NCBI GenBank assembly: GCA_965644295.1
Contig: CBFFRP010000100.1
Coordinates: 1-44,129, forward strand
Origin: Paraphysomonas bandaiensis
Lineage: Eukaryota; Protista; Chrysophyceae
DNA: 44,129 nt
Reading direction: 5' to 3'
The position numbers and the translations under genes are program-made. The notes below the pieces were generated by a model. That model searched no databases. It had not been told where the DNA came from and worked only from the letters and a program-made list of their open reading frames with translations. This document shows positions 1 to 10,937 of the stretch, one piece after another. Each line of letters opens with the position of its first letter. The stretch's first letter is position 1.

Positions 1-76
1 AATTGTGGAGTTTTATTATTAAAATTAAGGGTTTTTATATAAATCAAGGTTTTTATATAAAAATTGGGACGTTTTT

Positions 77-184
77 GCTTAAAGCTTCGCCATTATATCA
101 CTACAACTACATTCCAGAGCTTAAAGCATATTCGCCATTATATCACTACAACTACATTCCAGAGCTTAAAGCTTTGCCATTATA
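77..184. repeat. 45-bp-period tandem repeat (~2.4 copies) in AT-rich DNA
   Basis: TTCGCCATTATATCACTACAACTACATTCCAGAGCTTAAAGC is identical at 86-127 and 131-172, with partial copies on either side. Confidence 0.9.
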
Positions 185-484
185 CATTATTATAAAAAAG
201 TCATATAGATAACAAAGTAGATTTAATAAGTAGTTTTCATGGTAGAATCCCGGGGTTTTATAACCTTTACAAATTTAAATTATTTTTCATTTTAATTTTT
301 CCCTCTCTCTATATCTACTATTAAATCTACTTATTAAATCTACTTTGTTATCTATATTACTTTTTATTATAACAATATAAATAATATATAAAGTTATTAA
401 TTTTATTTAAGAATATAAATAATATATAAAGTAATTATAACTTATTAATAATAAGTTATAAGTTAAACTTACAAAGAGAAGGAA

Positions 485-1806
485 TTACAACCGAAGGTTG
501 TAATTGGAAACACTCGAAGAGAAGAGGCCCCTTGAGGGGTTGGGGTAGAAAAAGGCTTGTCCTTGTCCCTCCCCTTCGTTTTTTGATATCCTAAAACTCG
601 AGCGGTCAAACATATATATACAGTGACCTTGGGTACAATGTATGATTTTAATAATAGTGATAATATCAAAAAATAATGCATATAACGGTACGCCTAACAC
701 ATCCCTTTTAAAGCAGGCGATGAGCGAAACGACCGAAGCGAAAGGCCTATGGAATTATGAAGCGTTTCCTGTATACTCGGGGGGCGGTACCTCACAGCAC
801 GACGAGCTCCCTCCACTGGCATTGTCACTACAGCCTCCCCCCTCTCACCAAAGTGTCTCCCAGGGTAGGAAGAATATGAACAGTCAACAGCAATTTCACC
901 ACTTTCCCTTGCCCAGGCTCCTGCTATCGCCCTCCCATGGTGTGGTGGCATGTAGTCGTCCTCGATGGCAGATAAAATATGACCCGGTATATTTAGTCCA
1001 GGCACGAAGTCCATTGGAACCACCGTATAAGGGTCGCTACCGAGACGTGACTGAAGGGTCTTGCGGACAACGGTGGCACAGAATAACAGAGCTCGTTGAG
1101 GGACAGGCATTCCATATGCCGTTACAGACCGTGTTGCATCTAAGTATACATAATAACTAACTGTTAGAAAAACATACGTTACGCATAATAGCTGACCTTT
1201 AACCATCTGCTTCACACTCAAGAATGGTGAGTCAAGAACAATGAATTTAATGGGACTGGAGGGTGCCAATTCACTGCAATACTCTATGGCAATAGCAGTA
1301 GACATTCCACGTGCCCAGAGTATTACTTCGCTACATTCGTATCTGCTTGTCAACTCATTCAAAACAATAGAGAGATCATTCACCATCGCAAATGACAGAT
1401 TGCCGCCCGACTTCCCACAGCCGGGAAGGTCAAATGCTACAAGATTTGCGCCCAATTTATGGCAAAAAGGGAGTACCTCTTTAGCATCGACAAGAGCACG
1501 TGTGTTAGTATGCAGGTATAGCACATACAGTTTCGAACTCGTGTTATGTATCCATGCAGCACATTGTAAAGATATATCACGATTTCTAACAATAAACTCT
1601 TCTATAATACATGGAGGATCATCTTCAGAGGTCACATGCAGGTCATTCATAGTATAATCTAATCGCTTTGGTTGTGTGAGCATTTTCATTAAACCAGAAA
1701 ATGAACGTGAAAAAAAATGTCCCATTGATTCGTTTTTGGGACCATGAGCTTTCCAAAAAGATTCTTCAAGTTCCCCTTCAGCAAATACATTAATATCGTT
1801 ACCCAT
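485..1806 (-). CDS. Alpha/beta-hydrolase fold protein (YqkD/ABHD-like), probably catalytically inactive; 3' exon boundary uncertain
   Basis: ORF 694-1821 has YLHTN, FDLPGCGKSGG, WARGMSTAIA (family WGRSMGA), LDSPF, AIEDDY and GRH. Probable start is MGNDIN at 1806. There is an in-frame GT-AG intron at ~1140-1196 and a further likely intron near 630-700. Confidence 0.75.
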
Positions 1807-2393
1807 TATAACACTATGCAATGAATCAGTCCCTCTATGGTTATATTTATATATATGGGTGTTATGCTATTAGTTTATTATAAGTATAGTGAGTAGTAAG
1901 GAGAGGATACACATATATGTCTCATGTGCATGTATCTTAACACTTCATCCATATATATATATGGTGTCCTGACACTCGTCTCGTTCTTATGACTGGGTTG
2001 ATAGGACTGTGTACTGCTGTATTAACAAGTACTGGTAGAGTTGTATATGTACTGCTGTATAGAGATCTATTGTACTTCTATACAACACTTTGGGCTTACT
2101 CTGCAGTACGTACTGGATATGCTGTGAAATCTTAGATTTTATGGTAGAATTAAAAGTAAGGGGCATGATTCTCCAATATTTTTATTGAAATACTGTATTT
2201 TCTAACTTTTTGAATATAAAACCATGAAATATTGTTGTTATATCTAAAAAAACCTAACATATATAATCAAACCGTACCATCTGCAGCATCCAACACAACA
2301 CCCACACTCACTAATTGATAAGGCAGTAGAGTTCGTAATAAGCCATCAATAGAATTGAATCTATATCCAACATCTCTACATTCATTCAAGCTA

Positions 2394-3071
2394 ATGACTG
2401 ATAACTTTAAAAATTCCCACACTAAGACGGCTGGAGAGCAGTTGGAGTATCAAAATAAGGCAGAAGGTCACAATCAGTAATATGATTGATTAAACTTATA
2501 ATATAATCTTGATAGGTGTACATGCTGTCAATCATGAATGTTCTGATGTAAGTTTTCATATAGTTTGTATCTTTCTAATGTTTTTACTATAGGTGTTCGA
2601 AGCAATGAAATTGCGGAGGAAACACAAGTACATTATATATCAAATTGGGGATTTTGAAGTGCAGGTTGAGAAAGCTGGAGGGAGAAATGAATCTTATGCT
2701 GACTTTAAAGCATCTCTTCCCTTTTCGGATTGCAGATATGCTGTCTATGACCAGGAATATACTACTCACGATGGCCGACCAGCGTCTAAGATATGGTTTA
2801 TCAGCTGGTTTCCTGTAAATTCAACACCATACAATAAAATGGCATACACCACGGCCAAAACTCATTTTCGAGAGGCTATTCCTGGTGTTTTTGATGCTAT
2901 GGCTTCCAGGTATGTGATGTAATGGGAATGTATAATTTTCCGAGTGTAATGCTGTAATGGGATTTTTGTTAAAGCTTGGAAGAATTAGATGGGGTGCTTG
3001 GACCCGATGGCAAAGGGGCGCGAAAGTCAGATGAAGATGACGACGACGATGACGAAGACTTTGATTTCTAG
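2394..3071 (+). CDS. Actin-depolymerizing factor/cofilin, 4 exons, acidic C-terminal tail
   Basis: Spliced product MTDNFK...GVHAVNHECSDVFEAMKLRRKHKYIIYQI...DCRYAVYD...KIWFISWFP...KMAYTTAK...SSLEELDG...DEDDDDDDEDFDF*. Three GT-AG introns keep the frame. Confidence 0.92.
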
Positions 3072-3986
3072 AGAATTTATAGTCATTTGGTAACTATTTG
3101 CTAAGCTGCATGTACTAACTCTAACACTGCAATCACTGTAATTTCTCTATTAACACGTTAATTACACATATTTGTGATGACAACTTTCGATGCACGTGAA
3201 ATACTCTTAGTGATGATGGGCTGAGCGTAGACTAATATTGAAGAATTCGTGACATATATTAATCGATGTAACAATATATGGAACTAGGGGTCGAAGTACA
3301 GAAATATTTAGTTCTAAATTAGCAACTATTATATCCACCGACACACACTTTATCTCCTGTAACCAGTAACTACTAAAGCCGCTTGCAATTGATCCCGATA
3401 ACTTTAGATACAGTATAACGTATATCTCTTTCGTAAAGGAGTTGCCTGGCATTTGTAACAGCAACAACATTATAGTCGTCTTGGGCTATAGTTGTGCAAC
3501 ATAGTCACATCAAAAATAAGGGGTAGAGAAATTAGTAGTTAAATAATTTATATTTTCAGCAGTTTACTGTGACTGAATGAACTAGGATGACTAAATGTTT
3601 ATGATTGATGGCATTCACTTAGCCATAATAAACAATTAAATATTTTAGATACGAAAATTAGTGTGAAAAGGTTGTATAATGTTCTGAAAGTTATCAGAAC
3701 GAAAGTATAGTTTGTAAGTGTGCATCGCAAATGATCAAGACAACTCTTTCATTTCGACCACTACCTAGAGCTGTTAAGTATTTGTTGAATGAGGTTGCAC
3801 TGCTGATTGCTACACACATTATCATAACACCTAACTTGTGTATAGGAAAAGACAGACAGGGTAACAAGTAACTAGTCATCATACGAACAATGAACAACAG
3901 TATGTTTGCTCTTCGTGGAATAGTATTAATATTTACTATGAACATAAATAATAATGAAGCTATGTTGTAGTAGTCATTCATAAGTT

Positions 3987-4679
3987 CTACGTATTTCTAA
4001 TATCTCCGTCAGTGTTTCTCGCTACACCCAATAACTTTTTCATGGCGAGATCCATATTGCGAGATCCTATGCGTTTCATCGCCGCAATATTTCGTTCCCA
4101 TATTTCTTCAGTATCTCCATCATAATCATCAACAGCTTTAGCAACCTCTGTTACTTTCAAAAGGTGGATAGTAGGAAACGGTGATCTACTTATCCAATTT
4201 TCGGGACTATTCGGTTTCGTGTTTTCGTATTTAAAATCAGGGTGGAACGTTGCTACCTGAATTTTGAAATCCATTCCCGTGTTCTCTAGAATTTCTGTGA
4301 AAGTTGATGAAAATCTAACAAAATTCTCAAAATCAGTGAGTTGAGGAACAACGACTAGTGTGGAACCAACTTCTTTGTCAGGTACTAAGTCAAGTGCATG
4401 CTGTAGTAATTCTTCGTGGGCTGGTTTATGCAATCTCTCATCTGAAGGGTCTTGTAGATCAGCACGACATACGTATATTCTCAAGTGATTCAAGTCTCGA
4501 GCAGCCCATGGACAAAGACCGAACTTGACAACGATAGATCTAACCCATATATACGTGGCGTTTATCATAGTCGACTCATTGTCCACTGCATTGCAAAAGG
4601 ATCGATATATGGGCATTGTTTTGACTACTCTTCGTAGAGAAGGTCGAATGGGTGTAAAGAGGTTCATCACAGGCTTCAT
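3987..4679 (-). CDS. DUF1415-family protein with a putative mitochondrial presequence
   Basis: Motifs WVRSIVVKFGLCPWA, QVATFHPDF and SRSPFPTIHLL, plus IWERN. The N-terminus from Met 4679 is Arg-rich and lacks acidic residues. Confidence 0.85.
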   Translation of the reverse strand: MKPVMNLFTPIRPSLRRVVKTMPIYRSFCNAVDNESTMINATYIWVRSIVVKFGLCPWAARDLNHLRIYVCRADLQDPSDERLHKPAHEELLQHALDLVPDKEVGSTLVVVPQLTDFENFVRFSSTFTEILENTGMDFKIQVATFHPDFKYENTKPNSPENWISRSPFPTIHLLKVTEVAKAVDDYDGDTEEIWERNIAAMKRIGSRNMDLAMKKLLGVARNTDGDIRNT

Positions 4680-5141
4680 ATTATGAATAGATTGACTTAC
4701 GATCACTGACTCTAATGAACTGTGTGTGTGTATAGAATATATGGACTGTTCTAACACATACATACACTGCCTGTAGCTATACATACATACACTGTCTGTA
4801 CGAATACATCATAAACTGGCCTGGTATACGCGGTATACGGATAATACATGGCTGGCGTCTCATTACACTGTTGAAGCAGGGCAGAGGTATCATATCGAAT
4901 CATATTAATTTGAAACATTATCATTGGATATTAAGTAGAGAACTGAGATATAGTGTATGTATGGGTCTGACGCATGACTGTGTGGTACATACATATACAG
5001 CAGTGCAAGTCTATCATATATGTATATATGTATGTATATATGTGTGGTAGTATCCGCATGGAACAAATGGGGACGTGGGAGTTGTGGACAGAGGATCATG
5101 CCCTGATACATCGTGCGATACCTTGATCTCATATCTGCTGG

Positions 5142-5247
5142 TGTTCTCATTACGCATAGAAGCGTCTCAACTAATAGAGTGTGTTAGCCGTTACTGTTCA
5201 GCTAGCACACTCTATAAGTTGAGACGCTTCTACGCGTAATGAGAACA
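5142..5247. ncRNA. Long inverted repeat: candidate pre-miRNA/hairpin RNA or tiny foldback element
   Basis: Arms 5142-5190 and 5199-5247 are 49 bp with 4 mismatches; the loop is the 8 nt TTACTGTT. The hairpin is seen directly; RNA function is inferred. Confidence 0.45.
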
Positions 5248-5958
5248 TTACCATCAATGTAGATCAGGTCCCTTGTGTTGTAATAGAGTCTAGAGAAGGA
5301 CACAATACACCGATGACCAGTGCAATGCCATTTACTAAATCTATTCCACTCTATATACATATATATGGGAAAGTAAATCATAAGCCCTTTAGATTCATTC
5401 TTGTGATAACTATCAGCTTCGATCTAGTTGAGTATGTAATTAATAGTTCTAGTTGTAACATACACTGCGTCTCAAAAGTGAAATGACACTTGTAATAGTT
5501 TGATATTTGATATTATATTACTAATACCTATCTAGCAGGGCTAGGAAGCAATATATTGCAATATTTCTGGTTTACCACTAATAACCAGATATACATTTTA
5601 CCTTTCTTTCTGATTCTTTGTGTGTCGATATTCTATATGCCTACAATACTTGCAAACTACGTAGTAAATAAGTTAAGCCTTGTAAATTACTGTGACGCAG
5701 TAATATTTAGTTAATGGGAAAAGAGGAGCTGTATATTCCTATTAGTCACTATTCTCTCCATATAGCAATATATATGGAATATGGACAAAGAAGTCCAGTC
5801 AACATATTATTTATTAAGAAATGTTTGCCTCGTAGAATTCTTGCCTTGATTCTTTTGAAAGCAAAATACTGCATTATTAATTGTTTTGGGAACTACTCCT
5901 ATGATAGTAACAGCACTGAAAACACTACAAACAAATGTATGATAGGTCACTACTCTGT

Positions 5959-8900
5959 TTACTCCGATGGGCTAAGAATACTCTTCACCAGTTTTGCCTT
6001 TTCCTCCTTACAGGACGCAGTATTTTCATCATCAACTCCGGCCCATTTACCTGAAACTACTTCTTCCAATTCATCTTCAGCCAGAGTTCTCAACATTCGG
6101 CCAACAAAAAGTCTCACATCTGGAGCAATTTTTAAGATCCCTTTAAGCTGTGGAAAAGGAAGGCCCAATACTGCTTTTAAAGTAGGCTCTGAATCTCTAT
6201 GTCCAGACATCGTTTTTATGCACATGACAACACCATCCCACACTTTGAGTTTGGGATCAACTTTCCAAACCTTCGAGCGAATCAGTTTAGGAATAACTGT
6301 GATTAATGCAAACTTCTTAATTTCAGGAATATTTTGCGACGAAAGAATCACAGTTCGCATTAGAGCCTTTGGCGGAACTTGGTCGTTCAACAAAGTTGTC
6401 ACAGCTTCCCTAATAACATCCGCCTTGAACTCGTCCTTAGCACTTAAACAAAGGCCAATTGCCTCCAAGAGATCTTTAAGTTTCATGTCGTGTGATTCAT
6501 TGTCTATCCTGTAATCGTATTAGAGGATAAAATAATATATGCAGTGTAGAAACCGTACCGATGTAGTGATACGAGAAGGTTCGCCCGCGACAAGGGTGGA
6601 GGCCTCGCACGGGTAATGCGGGAAAAGCTTTTGCGGAGATAATCGAGCTTCGTATTACTACCCTCTCCCTTGACATCGTCCTTGAGTTCCAGGATCAGTC
6701 GAGGCAATATGGCCTCCACGGCCGCAGTACTCATTCCACCCAACATTGGAATCATTAGTCTAATATCTCGACAGGAGTCTGGGAGTGATTCAAAATATTT
6801 GCTAACCAAACCCACCAAATGCTCCGACGGAGGAATTTGAGTATCACTAAGAACACTATCTAATACCAAAACGAGCATTGGCAGAGCCTGGATATCACAC
6901 TGGAGCAAAGTTTCGAACCAATTGTCGGCGTCTCGAGATGAAGGGGACACCGCAGGTATGATATTCAATACCTCAGTTTGTAGAACTCCACGAACAACTT
7001 TTCCATAGTTTTCAGGTAGTGACTCAACAAAGCTACCAAATGCGCTGCCGCTAATGGAATCTATCTCCGTGCCCAGACAGTATCCCTCTAGCATCTTGCA
7101 CGTGCCATAGAGATCTAAAAACGCTACCAGTAAATGGGGTCTTGTCAGCGTGAGCTGAGCAAGTAAATGCAAGTGGCGCTTCGAGAAGGTGGTAACTTTA
7201 TCAGATTCAATAGTATTTATCGCTGTAAACTTCCGTCCAAACAGAATCCCACCATCAAAACATCCAGCTGCAACAGTTATATCCAAACTATTATTATAAT
7301 CAATGTCACAAAGGAAGTGAAACACGTCCCAAGACGAAGCGAAAGGCTCGTTGTGACAATGGAGGGCGCATTCTCTCTCTGCCATTCGGCGGCGATAGCC
7401 CTCGATACCCACTGCATTCACAGCCAGTTGCAATGCAAAAAGTATTATAGTCGTTCTAACGTGAGACAGACCTTGTCCAGGCTCGTGGTCACGGTCTATT
7501 TTATTAGCCACCCTGAAAAATCATCAGATTAAATTGCTTCAGCCAACATTAGGTAACCTACCCCACTAGAGCGTTTACCGCTGCGTTCCTCGTCGCAAAA
7601 TCATCAGACTCGCAAAGCCACAGCAGAGGAAACAGACAGGCGCGAAATGATTCGGCATCCATCATGCAACTCTCGTGCAGCAGGAGGCTAGTCATGAGCT
7701 CCATCGCAGCTGTCCTGACTCCCCTATCAATTCCGCCATGACTCCTCCGTCGTCCTGGTTGCGCCTGAGATGAAGCCGTCTGTCTGGTGCCCGTGACAAG
7801 AAGCAACTCAAGAAGGTGCAAACAGACGAGAGGAATACGGGGGAGTGATCGAAGGACACGACCTGCATAGGGTCGCAAAGCCCGGCGCTGTAGTATGCGC
7901 GAGGTTACGACCAAACACATTGCATCGTATAACCCAACTGGAAAATCTTCTCCTTCATCTTCATCTATAACAAATTTTCCGTCCGCTTTCCCCTCACTAA
8001 CCTCCATGGGTTCATCTGCTGTTTTTACATTTACGCTATTGGGAGTGGGAGAGCCGGGGAGACCTAATAGCTGGCCCTCTGCATGTGCCGCCCTACATGC
8101 GAACACCTCACGCACCAATGTGAGCACAAGGTCGAGGCGGTCAAACCGCTTCCCTGCTTGGCACTCTAAGTTACTTTCCTGGGTATTCTTATCTACCCCA
8201 GATGCACCCTCTTGAGCCTGCAATGAATGGCTCAGATACAACCATACAGACCTGATGTCATTACTCATTATCTTATAGCGTGGGACAAATATAATATACC
8301 TGGGCAGCATAACCTCCAAGGGTACTCTGTTTATAGGAGGTACTTCACCACGTACTCCTCCAACAAGTCGGTGAGAAGTTACCCGCGGTTTTAATGTCAC
8401 TGAGACTGTTGCAATATACCCCACAGCAGATGCGGGGGACGTTTTTTGGTGCTCCAAATCTGCTTGAGACATCGCCAGAACTGTGCGCAAGAGCAGCTGT
8501 AGATGTAGAACAGACTAACAAGATATAATAAGATACACAAAATGTGATACAAAGATAAAACACACACCTTAAGAACAGGTGGACTACAAGGTAAGAGAGT
8601 AGTCTGCAGAATCTTGCTAAGACTACCCAGTGCAAGATCTCCATATACATCGCAGGACGGGCCAAGTGACTGGAAGCCCGCTGATAGTTTAGAACCAGGC
8701 TGTGGATCCATCCCCGCTTTAAGAGACACCAGTCGCATAGAAGTAGTTGCTTCTGAAACGAATGCTCCAAGATCTCCAGCCAGTACAGTACACCCCTCTT
8801 CAAACATACCAGAGGAAGAATTTCTGGAGAGAGCAGGCGCCGTTACAGTCTTGTCTTGTGCGCTCCCTATACCAGCTCCTCCTTCCAGTATGTCTTCAAG

Positions 8901-10160
8901 ACGAATTTTTTTGGACCCAGAGACAAACTTACTCTCTGCTGCATCCACTGCAGCCAGGGCTGATGAACGAATCTCCTCCTCGTCCAACAACTCCCCAGTC
9001 TCATCCCAATCCTCCTGCGGACCTTCAGGTTCGTCTTCTTCCGAGCTGTCGGATTCTAGAGTTAACAACCCCTGGCTCCCAATCATAACAGGTGGAGCTG
9101 TGGAATCAGGAAGCAATTTTCTTTTCCTTGAATCTGACGGAGACGGTTCTGACATCGGAGTTGGCGCTGGGGCGGAGTTCAGTTTGTCAAGAGCACTCAG
9201 TGCTCCTTGCAGACGTGGAACAAGGCCGTCTGGATCCGAGACATCGCCAGCCGCTCGAATGATGCGCAGCAACGTTACAGACAGCTGCTGACGACTGCTA
9301 GCGGTCATCTGACTACATAGGTTATTCTTCCCCTCTACTAAAAACACCAAAGCTGGTACGGCGATCTTGAACACTGAGAGCCGTTCTGAAGCAACAACAC
9401 CAATGCTCTGTCCTAGCTGAGCCGTCACTGCTGATGAGAATGGAAAGCCCTGTGGTCCGCCCCTACGAGCCCACAAAACCATCTTGGAGAGAGTGGCATC
9501 TGCCTCTTTCTCCACATCATTACGGTCTATAAAAGGGTGGTATAGGGGAATCTCCAGAACGGTATGAGCATTGCTGGCGCGCATCATCCGTGGATCCTTT
9601 ACAGCGCTGCCGCTTGAAGGAGGCAATCCAAAAAGTATAATGCGCTCACACAGTTGAATACATTGAATGCGTAATATATCTGTTCTATGAGAAGAAATTG
9701 TTTCCTTGAGAACGCTGGTGAGTGACCGAAGCTGATGCCAGAGATCACGAGGGTCAGTCCTTGACTCATGCTGATACTGCCCTGTATCCGGCTTGGAGGG
9801 CATTGTTGCAACAAATATTGACATCTTATCATAAAATATTGATAATTCATATGCAATTGACTGTAATACTCTATCATTTCCATCGACCACAAGATAAGAA
9901 AACAAACCAAGTACATGAGGTGTATGGGCAATATCTGATCTAAGGGCATCACCTGCTAATTTAACAAGAAATCTTCGTATAGGTATTGATCTTTCTAACA
10001 TTAATTCAAATATTTCAGGTAATATAATTGATAATAATGATTTTTCTCTATGAAAGACAATCTCTTTAATTTGTTCAAGATTAAATAGTTTTTGTTTAGC
10101 ATCTGATGCTAGTTTGGTTTTATTGATCAGATCAGATGCTAAATCTAAGAGTGATGACAT
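5959..10160 (-). CDS. SYMPK: Symplekin/Pta1 (mRNA 3'-end processing scaffold), multi-exon
   Basis: N-terminal HEAT region (KLFNLEQIKEIV...IRRFLVKL). C-terminal Symplekin_C-like LSRANLLVSLHR...EAIGLCL...LMRTVILS...LIRSKVWK...VWDGVVMC. Four consecutive minus-strand ORFs can be joined by short introns. Confidence 0.85.
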
Positions 10161-10937
10161 GATACAAGATATGTTTTAATGTCAGTTTAGTATGATTTAT
10201 ATGGTGATTGGTAGATGGATATGTTGAGAGCTTGCATGTTAATGGTAGAAGTATGCTAGTTGCCATAGATGTGTGTATGTAGAGTATATATGCAGGAGTA
10301 GAGCAGTACACTGCTGTATATGTACAGTAGGACGTAGTAACTAAGTACGTAGTAGATATGTACATGGACAGCTTGTACGTATAATGACCACTCTGCCTGC
10401 CACATACATAATATACGTACTGCAATATACTCAGCACTGTGACATTGTTTGTAAATGCTATATTTTTATAACTATAAAACCCCGAGCTATAAATACAATA
10501 GCAGAAATCCCCGATTTATATATTTCCATCCATATTCTGAATTCAAAACCACTTTCATACACATTTTCCTGTCCATTTTTGTAAAACATATGCTGTGTAT
10601 TGAGATTTTCCATATACATACATCCTGCTGTGTATGTACAGTATATCGTAGTATATGACATGTATACGTAGCAGTGGGCAGGTCGTTGTCAGGGGTATTT
10701 TTTTTTAAATTAGAAAGGAATCACCTCCCTATATATACATATACATACATGGCAGTATCTACATCCCTGACATCATATCACTGTAATTGATAAGATCACT
10801 AACAATTCACAATCTTCATTCATTAGTGGTAGTGAGAAGCCCCTCTCCTTATATGCAGGGTGTCTTTTAGCTGTATCTCTGCAGCTATCTCGTATATTAT
10901 ATAGATAGATACGTATAGAGAGAGGTAGAGGCCCGGT

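Noticed and set aside
77-184. CRISPR-like array
   Set aside because: Head-to-tail tandem duplication without unique spacers, no cas genes, eukaryotic context.
5714-9291. Long plus-strand ORFs (5714-6514, 8614-9291 and others)
   Set aside because: Antisense shadows of symplekin exons with no independent motifs. The same applies to 642-1160, 11732-12304, 13229-13798 and 25425-25991 over other genes.
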